Shown piece after piece: positions 17,115 to 25,619 of a stretch of 64,000 nucleotides of DNA. This stretch comes from Deinococcales bacterium (GTDB lineage Bacteria; Deinococcota; Deinococci; Deinococcales; JAAFIG01), in NCBI GenBank assembly GCA_013298595.1, contig JAAFIG010000016.1:10338-74337 (forward strand), in the 5' to 3' direction. The notes below the pieces were generated by a model. That model had not been told where the DNA came from. It was given only the letters and a program-made list of their open reading frames with translations, and did not search any database. How positions within the stretch are numbered: the stretch's first letter is position 1; each line of letters begins with the position of its first letter. Both the position numbers and the translations under genes were made by a program.

Positions 17115-18248
17115 GTGAATTCTATTCCGCATTTGTACGTTCATGTACCGTTTTGCCCAACCATTTGTCCGTACTGCGATTTTCATGTGCTCGAGCGTCG
17201 AGCTGGACTGGTCGAAAGTTACTTAGCTGAACTTGAGCGAGAGGCAAAGCAATTAGTTGCTAAGCATGGTACTTTTCCACTCGAGACAATCTATATTGGC
17301 GGTGGTACACCTTCATTTTTACGTGATGCTGAACTCGAGCAATTGGTGAGCATTATTCGCAATAATTTTGGTTGGGCGAGTCTCGAGGCAACCTTAGAGG
17401 TCAATCCTGGTACGGTCACATCGGCTCGAGCAAGCCACTGGTTCGATTTGGGGTTCACTCGAGCTAGTGTTGGAGTACAAAGCACGCAAGATGATGTGTT
17501 GCGCTTCCTTGGGCGTACCCATAATACTAAGCAAGCCTTAACTGCCCTCGAGACTTTACAAAGCACTGGTTTTGCCGTATCTGCCGATCTCATAACCGCT
17601 GTGCCAGATCAGAACCTCGAGTTAGATATTCATACTTTAGGCAGATTGGGTTTAACCCATATTTCTTGTTATACCTTGACCATCGAAGAAGGCACACCAT
17701 TCCATAAGCAAGGTGTCAAAATACTCGAGGAAGCCGAAGCTCATGCCTTAGAAATCACAGAGCCACTGCTCGAGACCTATGGCTTACAACGTTATGAAGT
17801 TTCAAATCATGCTAAGCAAGGCAAAGAATCTTTGCACAACACAGCGTATTGGCAAAATAAATTCTTTTATGGGCTTGGTGCTGGTGCAGCAGGGCATTAT
17901 CCACAAATAACAAACAATCACCAACACACAGCAGATATCATTGCTATGCGGCGCACCAATCCACATTTAGCACCTTGGCTCGAGGGGCAACGTGGCACAC
18001 CCGAAACCATTTCTCGAGCTGAATTTATTACCGATGGTTTATTTAATGGCTTACGTTTACGCGCTGGAATTGATACATCCGAGCTTTCTCAACGCGCTGG
18101 ACTAAATGCCCAAGAACATTTTGCTAAAGCTTTCCAGACTTGCTTTGAACGCGGTTGGCTCGAGCAAAACAAAGACATGATTCGCTGCACCAAAGCAGGT
18201 TGGTGGGTGCTGAATAAAGTGGTTTCAGTTTTTCTCGAGCAACAATAA
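17115..18248 (+). CDS. hemW: radical SAM heme chaperone HemW (HemN-like)
   Basis: CxxxCxxC radical-SAM motif (CPTICPYCDF) with a HemN C-terminal domain. 377 aa, typical of HemW. GTG start. Confidence 0.9.
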   Translation: MNSIPHLYVHVPFCPTICPYCDFHVLERRAGLVESYLAELEREAKQLVAKHGTFPLETIYIGGGTPSFLRDAELEQLVSIIRNNFGWASLEATLEVNPGTVTSARASHWFDLGFTRASVGVQSTQDDVLRFLGRTHNTKQALTALETLQSTGFAVSADLITAVPDQNLELDIHTLGRLGLTHISCYTLTIEEGTPFHKQGVKILEEAEAHALEITEPLLETYGLQRYEVSNHAKQGKESLHNTAYWQNKFFYGLGAGAAGHYPQITNNHQHTADIIAMRRTNPHLAPWLEGQRGTPETISRAEFITDGLFNGLRLRAGIDTSELSQRAGLNAQEHFAKAFQTCFERGWLEQNKDMIRCTKAGWWVLNKVVSVFLEQQ

Positions 18249-18261
18249 AGCCAAAAGTTCT

Positions 18262-19254
18262 TTATTCCACTTGTAAGGTTAAGGTTTGTTCTTTGCCACG
18301 AATTGTGACTGTGATGATGATGCTCTCCCCTATTTTCTTTTGGCGCATGATTCGGTGGTAATCACGTAATGTTTCTACAGGTTTTCCATCTAACTCGAGT
18401 AATTGATTTTCTCCGTGAATATCGAGAGTTAAACCCGCTTTAGCAGCAACACTGTTCTTTTCAATCAGGTCAATATCAAGTCCTTGAACTCGAGCATTTT
18501 GTGATACCCGAATGCCAACACCAGGAAGTTTGAGTTTAGCACCTGTTTTCATTTGCTCAAGCCACGGATCTAAACCAAAAAATGGCACAAGAAACGAAAC
18601 TCGAGCATTTTCATCTTGGGCATAGCCAATACCCATACCGATGATTTTACCCGCGAAATTTAAGACAGCTCCACCTGAATCCCCTGGGTTAATTGGCACG
18701 TTAGAAAGCATCATTCGGGTTGGAATCAGCAATTCTTGTTCTTGGATGTACCCTTGAATTGCACCATAACGCGGTTGAATAAAATCTTCGCCACTGTTAC
18801 CAATTTCAACAATAGGGTCGTTTATTTCTGCAGCTTTATGAAATTCAATTGGTAAAAACTCGAGCAAGCGATTAGCAGAAACCTGAATCAAGGCTAAATC
18901 TCTGGATTCATCCCAACCAATCACTCGAGCAGGGAATAATTCTTGTTTGGTGGTCAGCACCTCGAGTTTATCAATCCCAATAACTGCATGATACGCGGTT
19001 AAAGCATAACCACTGGCTGAAATTAAAAACGCACTTGCCCGCCCAGAACGGCTGTAATAATACTGGTCGTCACTCGAGACACTCAGACTTTGTAATTGCA
19101 GCATCGCAGGTCTAGCAGCCACAAAAGCACCCTGCATAAGCTGCTCGAGTTCGGCAGTCGGACGCGGCTTAAAAACAGGTTCAGCAACTCGAGGTGTGAG
19201 CCAATACCCAATCAAAAAAAAGGGAATTAAAAAGAGTAACCAAAATCGGCGCAC
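18262..19254 (-). CDS. S1C (HtrA/DegP-like) serine protease with PDZ domain
   Basis: N-terminal TM helix, trypsin-like catalytic block NPGDSGGAVLN, and a C-terminal PDZ-like segment. Confidence 0.85.
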   Translation of the reverse strand: MRRFWLLFLIPFFLIGYWLTPRVAEPVFKPRPTAELEQLMQGAFVAARPAMLQLQSLSVSSDDQYYYSRSGRASAFLISASGYALTAYHAVIGIDKLEVLTTKQELFPARVIGWDESRDLALIQVSANRLLEFLPIEFHKAAEINDPIVEIGNSGEDFIQPRYGAIQGYIQEQELLIPTRMMLSNVPINPGDSGGAVLNFAGKIIGMGIGYAQDENARVSFLVPFFGLDPWLEQMKTGAKLKLPGVGIRVSQNARVQGLDIDLIEKNSVAAKAGLTLDIHGENQLLELDGKPVETLRDYHRIMRQKKIGESIIITVTIRGKEQTLTLQVE

Positions 19255-19306
19255 AAACCTAGTTTACCCGAGTCTGTAGGCAGTGCTTGGTTGTCCTTGG
19301 CATAGC

Positions 19307-20488
19307 ATGTCAAAATACATCATGTTCGATTATTTCAAAGCACTGGATTCCTTATCCGAAACCGAAAAAGACATTCATGCCTTGGCTCGAGAATTTGTGG
19401 ACAAAGAAATTATTCCCAGCGTTGGTGGATGGTGGGACGAAGGCACACTGCCTCGAGAACTGATTTCGAGAATGGGTGAATTGGGTTTTCTTGGACCAAC
19501 CACACCAGAAGAATACGGTGGTGCTGGTATCTCGAGTACTGCTTATGGACTGATTTGTTACGAATTAGAACGCGCCGATTCTGGTGTGCGTTCAAGTGCC
19601 AGTGTGCAAGGCAGCCTTGTGATGTACCCAATTTATGCCTATGGCTCTGAGGAACAAAAAAAGCGATACTTACCCGAATTAGCTTCTGGACGAATGATTG
19701 GTTGTTTTGGATTAACCGAAGCCGATGGTGGCTCCGACCCCGGAGCCATGCGAACTCGAGCTGTCAAAGATGGTAACGGCTATGTTCTGAATGGCTCAAA
19801 AATGTGGATCACCAACAGCCCAATTGCCGATATCGCTGTGGTTTGGGCAAAACTCGAGGAAAATGGCAAAGACATAATTCGCGGTTTTATCGTACCTCGA
19901 GATGCCAAAGGCTTTAGCACACCAAAAATCAAAAATAAACAAAGCCTACGTGCCAGTATCACAGGCGAAATCGTCCTCGAGGATTGCCGCATTCCATTAG
20001 AAAATGTACTACCCAATTCAGGCGGACTTAAATCGCCACTAGGGTGTTTAACCCAAGCTCGCTATGGCATTGCATGGGGCGCACTCGGCGCACTCGAAGC
20101 GGTTTACACCGAAACCCTCGAGTACACCAAAACCCGCACCACTTTTGGTAAACCAATTGCAGGGCGGCAACTGGTTCAAGACAAACTCACATGGATGGCA
20201 ACCCAACACACCCTTGGTTTACTGATGGCAAAACGCCTTGGCGAACACAAAGATGGCGGCACCATGAACTACGCCCAAGTCTCCATGGCAAAACGCAACA
20301 ATGTCCGCGTGGCATTACAAGGCGCACGTTTAGCTCGAGAATTGCACGGTGGCAACGGCATCACCACCGAATACCCAATCATTCGTCATATGCTCAACCT
20401 CGAGACCGTAGACACCTACGAGGGAACGCACGACATTCACACACTGATTGTTGGGCGGGACTTAACGGGTTTAAATGCGCTCGAGTAA
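19307..20488 (+). CDS. gcdH: glutaryl-CoA dehydrogenase (acyl-CoA dehydrogenase family)
   Basis: GLTEADGGSDPGAMRTRA and ARYGIAWGALGALE blocks are typical of GCDH. Start placed at ATG 19307 (MSKYIMFDYF); the track ORF starts at GTG 19283. Confidence 0.88.
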   Translation: MSKYIMFDYFKALDSLSETEKDIHALAREFVDKEIIPSVGGWWDEGTLPRELISRMGELGFLGPTTPEEYGGAGISSTAYGLICYELERADSGVRSSASVQGSLVMYPIYAYGSEEQKKRYLPELASGRMIGCFGLTEADGGSDPGAMRTRAVKDGNGYVLNGSKMWITNSPIADIAVVWAKLEENGKDIIRGFIVPRDAKGFSTPKIKNKQSLRASITGEIVLEDCRIPLENVLPNSGGLKSPLGCLTQARYGIAWGALGALEAVYTETLEYTKTRTTFGKPIAGRQLVQDKLTWMATQHTLGLLMAKRLGEHKDGGTMNYAQVSMAKRNNVRVALQGARLARELHGGNGITTEYPIIRHMLNLETVDTYEGTHDIHTLIVGRDLTGLNALE

Positions 20489-20494
20489 CGATCT

Positions 20495-20707
20495 ATGGGA
20501 AAACGTAAAGTACGTTTTGTTATCAAACCAGATGGTCAAGGTTACTGACGCGTTTGGGACAACAAATTAGCAAGATGGTGGGGAAATCCATTTGCGGAAA
20601 TCCCAGAAGCCTTAATTGCTGAACTAAATGGCAAGAAGCAGCCACGTGAATTGGTAAAATTGAGTAAAACCAAATTGCGCCAATACAAAAAATTAAACCA
20701 CAGATAA
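20495..20707 (+). pseudogene. small basic ORF interrupted by one in-frame TGA
   Basis: ATG 20495, 17 sense codons (MGKRKVRFVIKPDGQGY), TGA at 20546-20548, then 52 more sense codons in the same frame (RVWDNKLARWWGNPFAEIPEALIAELNGKKQ...KKLNHR) to TAA 20705-20707. Coding status unproven. Confidence 0.3.
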
Positions 20708-20794
20708 GTTATTCACTGAGGTGTGCTGCTCATCGCTCTCGAGAACTTTGCTTAGACCTATCTTTTGCAATTTGTCAGCCAGTACACTATTACT

Positions 20795-22045
20795 GTGAAC
20801 TTTACAGATAAACTCGAGAATCTTGCCATGCTGGTTGTGCAAGTCGGTAATAACATTCAACCCGGACAACGCTTGGTGATTCGAGCACCGCTCGAGGCAG
20901 CACCATTGGTGCGTCTGGTGGCAAGAAAAGCCTATCAAGTTGGAGCGAGTTTAGTGGATGTGCAATGGTCGGATGATCTGACCACACTCGAGCGTTTACA
21001 ACATAGCCAAGAAGCGTTTTTATCCGAGATTTCCGAATCGGCTTTTCGGGTTGGGGATGAAACTGTCGAACGCGGCGATGCCTTTCTGGCAATTCTGGCT
21101 AACGACCCTGCTGTTTATGCCAATGCTGAACCATCTCGAGTGGCAACCATGATAAAAGCCGTTGGTGCGCGGAGCAAAAAACGCCTCGAGGCATTTGGTG
21201 CTGGTATGGTCAATTGGTCGATTGTACCGTATGCCGTGCCAAGTTGGGCTAACAAAGTCTTTCCTCATGAATCGCCTGAAGTTGCTCTCGAGAAATTATG
21301 GAATGCCGTGTTTATGGTGACTCGAGCCGATCAAGCTGACCCTGTGACCGCTTGGAAAACACATTTGCACGATCTGGAAGCGCGTCGGGATTTTTTGAAT
21401 ACCCAAAAACTTCGTCGTCTCGAGTTTAGAGCACCCGGTACAGATTTGCAGATCGAATTGCCTGAATTGCATCGTTGGGAGGGTGGTTCGGGTCGGACAA
21501 GCAATCCGCGTCATGGTCAGTCAATCACGTATGTGCCTAATATCCCCACCGAGGAAGTCTTTACAATGCCGCATCGTTTTGGAGTCAATGGCACTGTCCG
21601 AGCCACCAGATCACTTGGGTATAGCGGTCAGATTATTGATGGGATCGCAATGACTTTTAAGGATGGTAAAGCTGTGGCTGCGTCGGCAACCACCAATGAG
21701 GCGACGCTGCATCAATTACTGGCTTCCGACGAGGGTGCTAAACACCTTGGCGAAGTGGCATTGGTGGCAGAATCTTCACCTGTGGCACGTAGCGGATTGC
21801 TGTTTCACGAAACGTTATTTGATGAAAATGCTGCTTGTCATATTGCAATGGGCAGAGCTTACGCTTACACCTTACACAATGGCACCGCCATGAATCCTGC
21901 ACAACTGCTCGAGAACGGTGCAAACGATTCGCAAGTCCATGTGGACTGGATGATTGGTAGCAAAGACATGGATGTGGTTGGTATCCGAGCCGATGGGACT
22001 AAACTCGAGTTACTCAGTGCTGGACAATGGGCATTTACTGTCTAA
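20795..22045 (+). CDS. aminopeptidase, M29 (AmpS/aminopeptidase T) family, copy 1
   Basis: Colinear with the downstream paralog and with the M29 family (KLE.LA...V.VG.N.Q.GQ.L.I.APLE ... EVALV, DENAACHIA, HVDWMIGS). GTG 20795 was chosen as the start by alignment with the paralog's N-terminus. Confidence 0.85.
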   Translation: MNFTDKLENLAMLVVQVGNNIQPGQRLVIRAPLEAAPLVRLVARKAYQVGASLVDVQWSDDLTTLERLQHSQEAFLSEISESAFRVGDETVERGDAFLAILANDPAVYANAEPSRVATMIKAVGARSKKRLEAFGAGMVNWSIVPYAVPSWANKVFPHESPEVALEKLWNAVFMVTRADQADPVTAWKTHLHDLEARRDFLNTQKLRRLEFRAPGTDLQIELPELHRWEGGSGRTSNPRHGQSITYVPNIPTEEVFTMPHRFGVNGTVRATRSLGYSGQIIDGIAMTFKDGKAVAASATTNEATLHQLLASDEGAKHLGEVALVAESSPVARSGLLFHETLFDENAACHIAMGRAYAYTLHNGTAMNPAQLLENGANDSQVHVDWMIGSKDMDVVGIRADGTKLELLSAGQWAFTV

Positions 22046-22058
22046 GAGGATGTGACCT

Positions 22059-23309
22059 ATGGATTTTCAAACGAAACTCGAGCATTTAGCCGAATTAGCC
22101 ATTCGGGTTGGCACGAATTTGCAGTACGGACAGCGTTTAAACATTTATGCACCGCTCGAGTCGATAGAATTGGTGCGTTTGATTACGCGTAAAGCTTATC
22201 AAGCGGGTGCCAGTCTGGTGGTGGTTTTTTGGACTGAGGAAGCCATTGGTTTAGAGCGTATTGTGCACAGCCAAGACGAATTTTTGACCCGCGTTGCCGA
22301 AGAACCTTTTCGCAATTACGAAGAATTTACTCAGCGTGGCGATGCTCGTTTACGCATTCGTATCAGCAAGCCCGAAGTGTTTGCCAATGCCGATGCTGAC
22401 CGTATGCAAGTGATTTCTAAAGCCACCAACGCTCGAGCGAAACTCAGCCTTGATAAATTTCACTCGAGCATGGTCAATTGGTCTATTGTGCCATTTGCCG
22501 TGCCGAATTGGGCAGAAGTGGTTTTTCCCAATGAAGCACCTGATATTGGTTTAGAAAAACTCTGGGATGCTTTGTTTATGGCAACTCGCGCCGATCAACT
22601 CGAGCCTGTGCAAGCTTGGCAGCAGCATTTAACACAATTGGAAGCGCGTCGAGATTTTCTTAATCTGCAAAAGCTGCAACGGCTCGAGTTCAAAGCACCA
22701 AATACCAATCTGACCATCGAATTGCCTGTATTGCATCGTTGGGAAGGAGGTTCGGCACAAACCATCAATCCGAACCATCCGAGTTCAATTCGTTACGTGC
22801 CAAATTTACCAACCGAAGAAGTTTTTACTGTGCCACATCGCCTTGGTGTCAATGGCTTGGTAGCTGCTACCAAGCCATTGCTGGCTCGAGGAAAAATCAT
22901 TGAAGGTATTGTTATGACCTTTAAGGATGGCAAAGTAACCGAGGCTCGAGCCAGCAAAAACGAGCAGACTTTGCTGCAAATTCTTGAACTTGACGAAGGC
23001 GCAAGTCGGACTGGTGAAGTGGCACTGGTGGCAGAGTCTTCGCCTGTGGCACGCAGTGGTTTGTTATTCCAAGAAACGTTATTTGATGAAAATGCGGCTT
23101 GCCATATCGCCATGGGCAGTGCTTACTCGTACACCATCCAAGGTGGTGACAGCATGACCAACGAACAACTGCTCGAACATGGTGCCAATAACTCGCAGGT
23201 TCATATGGATTGGATGATAGGCAGTTCGCAAATGGATGTGGTTGGCATTCGTGCCGATGGTTCTAAACTCGAGTTACTGAGTGCTGGACAATGGGCATTT
23301 GAAGTTTAG
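22059..23309 (+). CDS. aminopeptidase, M29 family, copy 2
   Basis: 416 aa with the same M29 blocks as copy 1. Tandem paralog, 13 nt downstream of copy 1. Confidence 0.9.
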   Translation: MDFQTKLEHLAELAIRVGTNLQYGQRLNIYAPLESIELVRLITRKAYQAGASLVVVFWTEEAIGLERIVHSQDEFLTRVAEEPFRNYEEFTQRGDARLRIRISKPEVFANADADRMQVISKATNARAKLSLDKFHSSMVNWSIVPFAVPNWAEVVFPNEAPDIGLEKLWDALFMATRADQLEPVQAWQQHLTQLEARRDFLNLQKLQRLEFKAPNTNLTIELPVLHRWEGGSAQTINPNHPSSIRYVPNLPTEEVFTVPHRLGVNGLVAATKPLLARGKIIEGIVMTFKDGKVTEARASKNEQTLLQILELDEGASRTGEVALVAESSPVARSGLLFQETLFDENAACHIAMGSAYSYTIQGGDSMTNEQLLEHGANNSQVHMDWMIGSSQMDVVGIRADGSKLELLSAGQWAFEV

Positions 23310-23331
23310 GAATTCTATGACGTGTTGTGTT

Positions 23332-23367
23332 TGGTACAAAGCCACTTTGGTTTTGTACCATTTTTCT
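23332..23367 (+). terminator. rho-independent terminator after the aminopeptidase pair
   Basis: TGGTACAAA (23332-23340) pairs with TTTGTACCA (23352-23360), followed by TTTTTCT. Confidence 0.55.
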
Positions 23368-23447
23368 GGTTGCCAACAGCATTTGACAAATGAAAGCCAC
23401 AATCCTTAGACTGCCGCTATTCACAACACCTTCTATATTGGAGAAAC

Positions 23448-24455
23448 ATGAAAAGCAGCATTGGAGTTGCATTTATTGGCGCTGGACGCATGGGCTTAAC
23501 CCACGCACAAACTCTTGGTAATATTGCTGCCGCTCGAGTTTTGGTGGTTGCAGATGCCAATCTCGAGGCGGCAGAACGCGGTAAAATCTTGGCTCGAGCC
23601 GAACGTGCTACCGCTGATATCGAAGCTGCAATCAATCATCCTGAGGTCGAAGCGGTGATGATTGTTACACCAACCGATACCCATGCCAACCTCATTCAGA
23701 TGGCTGCCAAAGCAGGCAAAGCGATTTGGTGCGAAAAACCGATTGCTTTAACCCTCGAGGAAACCCAAACGACCCTCGAGATTGTAGAAAAAGCTGGTGT
23801 ACCATGTCAGATTGGTTTTCAGCGACGTTTCGATCCAGGGTATATGCGGGCTAAAGAGTTAATTGAAACTGGCAAACTGGGTAAGCTCGAGTCTTTTCGT
23901 TCGCTGGGGCGCGATACGTATTTACCGAATCCTGCGGGGATTCGCCCCGGCGGTGGCACATTTTTGGATATGACAGTGCATGATTTTGATTTGGCACGGT
24001 TTTTGATTGGTGAAGTGGTCGAGGTCAGTGCGTGGGGCGCAGTTTTAGCCCATGAAATGTTTGCCGAAAATGATGATTGCGATACCGCTGTGTGCATGTT
24101 GCGTTTTGCCAATGGTGTGCTTGGTGTGGTCGAAAGCGCAAGGCATTCTAATTGGGGGTACGATATTCGCACTGAAGTGGCGGGTTCGGAAGGCAAAGTG
24201 GTGATCGAAGCACCACATAAAACACCATTACAGCACTTCACAGGTTTTCAAAACCACACCGATGTTTACATTAATTTCCCAGATCGTTTTGCCGATGCTT
24301 ACCGCCAACAAATGGAAGCATTTTTTGCAGCGCTGCAAAACAACTCAACCCCAAGCCCAGGTCCAAAAGATGCCCTCGAGACACTACGAATCTGCTTAGC
24401 CGCTAAGCAAAGTTGGCAGCAAGGTAAACCCATCAAGGTTCAGGAAGCCAAATGA
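23448..24455 (+). CDS. iolG: inositol 2-dehydrogenase-like Gfo/Idh/MocA oxidoreductase
   Basis: FIGAGRMG Rossmann motif and an EKP motif (CEKPIALT). First gene of the iol cluster. Confidence 0.75.
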   Translation: MKSSIGVAFIGAGRMGLTHAQTLGNIAAARVLVVADANLEAAERGKILARAERATADIEAAINHPEVEAVMIVTPTDTHANLIQMAAKAGKAIWCEKPIALTLEETQTTLEIVEKAGVPCQIGFQRRFDPGYMRAKELIETGKLGKLESFRSLGRDTYLPNPAGIRPGGGTFLDMTVHDFDLARFLIGEVVEVSAWGAVLAHEMFAENDDCDTAVCMLRFANGVLGVVESARHSNWGYDIRTEVAGSEGKVVIEAPHKTPLQHFTGFQNHTDVYINFPDRFADAYRQQMEAFFAALQNNSTPSPGPKDALETLRICLAAKQSWQQGKPIKVQEAK

Positions 24456-25471
24456 AACCACTGGGTATTGCCATTGTTGGTGCGGGGAGAATGGGTTGGA
24501 TTTTTGCTCGAGCCATTGCTGCCCTGCAACCACAAGCTCGAGTGACTTGGGTTGTCAGTCGCAGCCAAGCCAGTGCCGAAAAAATGGGGCTGCATTTTGC
24601 CTGCCAATTTGCTACCACTCTGGAAGATGCCCTCAAAGATTCTGCTGTTGATGCCGTGGTGATTGCAGCCGCGACTCCCGCCCATGCCGAGCTTGCAATT
24701 CAATGCGCGAAAGCCAAAAAACCATTTTTTATCGAAAAACCAATTGCCGATACCCTCGAGAATGGTCGCAAAATCATTCAAGCAGTTAAAGAAAACAATG
24801 TCCTCAACATGGTTGGATTTCATCGCCGATTTGACCCTGCGTACAGCCAAGCCAAACAACAAATCGAAAAAGGCGAACTTGGTAAACTCGAGATTTTCAG
24901 ATCTATTTCCCGAGATGCCGATATGGGTTCCTCGAGCCTCGAGTTTCATTTAAGCAGCGGTGGTTTAATCGTAGACCTTGGTGTTCACGACATGGACTTA
25001 GCCCGTTGGTACATGGGTGAAGTGCTCGAGGTACAAGCCCTTGGTGGGGCATTGACCGACCCAAGTTTAACGCAACACAATTTGCACGATACTGCTGTGG
25101 CGATTCTGCGTTTCGCTAGTGGCGCGTTTGGCACCATCGAAATGGCTCGCAGTACGGCTTACGGACACGAGGTTCGCAGCGAAATCCTTGGTTCCAAAGG
25201 CAAATGCAGCATCGAACGCGACCAACGCGGCGACCTAAAAACCTACACCTCGAGCGGCGCACACTACGACCGACCTCGAGGTTTTGAAGAACGCTTTGCC
25301 GCTGCCTACCAAGCCGAAATGAGTGCTTTTATCCAAGGTGTCTCGAGCCAACAAGCCATGATGCCTGATGCCACAGATGCGTGGTATTCGTTGCGGTTAG
25401 CCATGGCAGCCCAAGAAGCTCTGAGCACAGGAAAAACTGTACAAGTCAATAGCTATGGCGGTAATTTATGA
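24452..25471 (+). CDS. Gfo/Idh/MocA oxidoreductase (second iolG-like paralog)
   Basis: ATGA overlap with the upstream gene. IVGAGRMG and IEKPIADT motifs. Confidence 0.75.
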   Translation: MKPLGIAIVGAGRMGWIFARAIAALQPQARVTWVVSRSQASAEKMGLHFACQFATTLEDALKDSAVDAVVIAAATPAHAELAIQCAKAKKPFFIEKPIADTLENGRKIIQAVKENNVLNMVGFHRRFDPAYSQAKQQIEKGELGKLEIFRSISRDADMGSSSLEFHLSSGGLIVDLGVHDMDLARWYMGEVLEVQALGGALTDPSLTQHNLHDTAVAILRFASGAFGTIEMARSTAYGHEVRSEILGSKGKCSIERDQRGDLKTYTSSGAHYDRPRGFEERFAAAYQAEMSAFIQGVSSQQAMMPDATDAWYSLRLAMAAQEALSTGKTVQVNSYGGNL

Positions 25472-25519
25472 AGCGATTGCTTGCAGGCATTTTCAGCAAT
25501 CATCATTTAACAACCATTT

Positions 25520-25549
25520 CGTAGGGGCGAGGCATGCCTCGCCCCTACG
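25520..25549. repeat. perfect 30-bp palindrome, founder copy of an intergenic REP-like family
   Basis: CGTAGGGGCGAGGCATGCCTCGCCCCTACG is its own reverse complement. It lies between iolG2 and iolD, and related copies are listed below. Confidence 0.85.
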
Positions 25550-25619
25550 GTTGCGTCCCACACGAAATTTTTTGTACGTTTGTAGTATGTCTCGAGTAAC
25601 ACGTTTTAGGAGGTCATCC

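Noticed and set aside
20546-20548. In-frame TGA as selenocysteine
   Set aside because: I could not find a stem-loop immediately 3' of the TGA. Only a direct repeat, GGAAATCC x2, is present. There are no redox motifs (CxxU/UxxC) around it. It is kept as a low-interest finding, not as a selenoprotein call.
23383-23411. Sigma70-type promoter upstream of iolG (TTGACA at 23383-23388)
   Set aside because: The hexamer 17 nt downstream (TTAGAC) is a poor -10 element. There is insufficient support to annotate a promoter.
24440-24949. 169-aa minus-strand ORF opposite the second iolG-like gene, and 276-aa minus ORF 61987..62817 opposite pckG
   Set aside because: Both are antisense to well-supported conserved genes and show no recognisable motifs.
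25455-25619. 5' extension of the iolD ORF (MAVIYEAIACRHFQ...VGARHASPLRLRPT...)
   Set aside because: It reads straight through the 30-bp palindromic repeat. A strong AGGAGG-ATG start at 25620 matches the IolD N-terminus.
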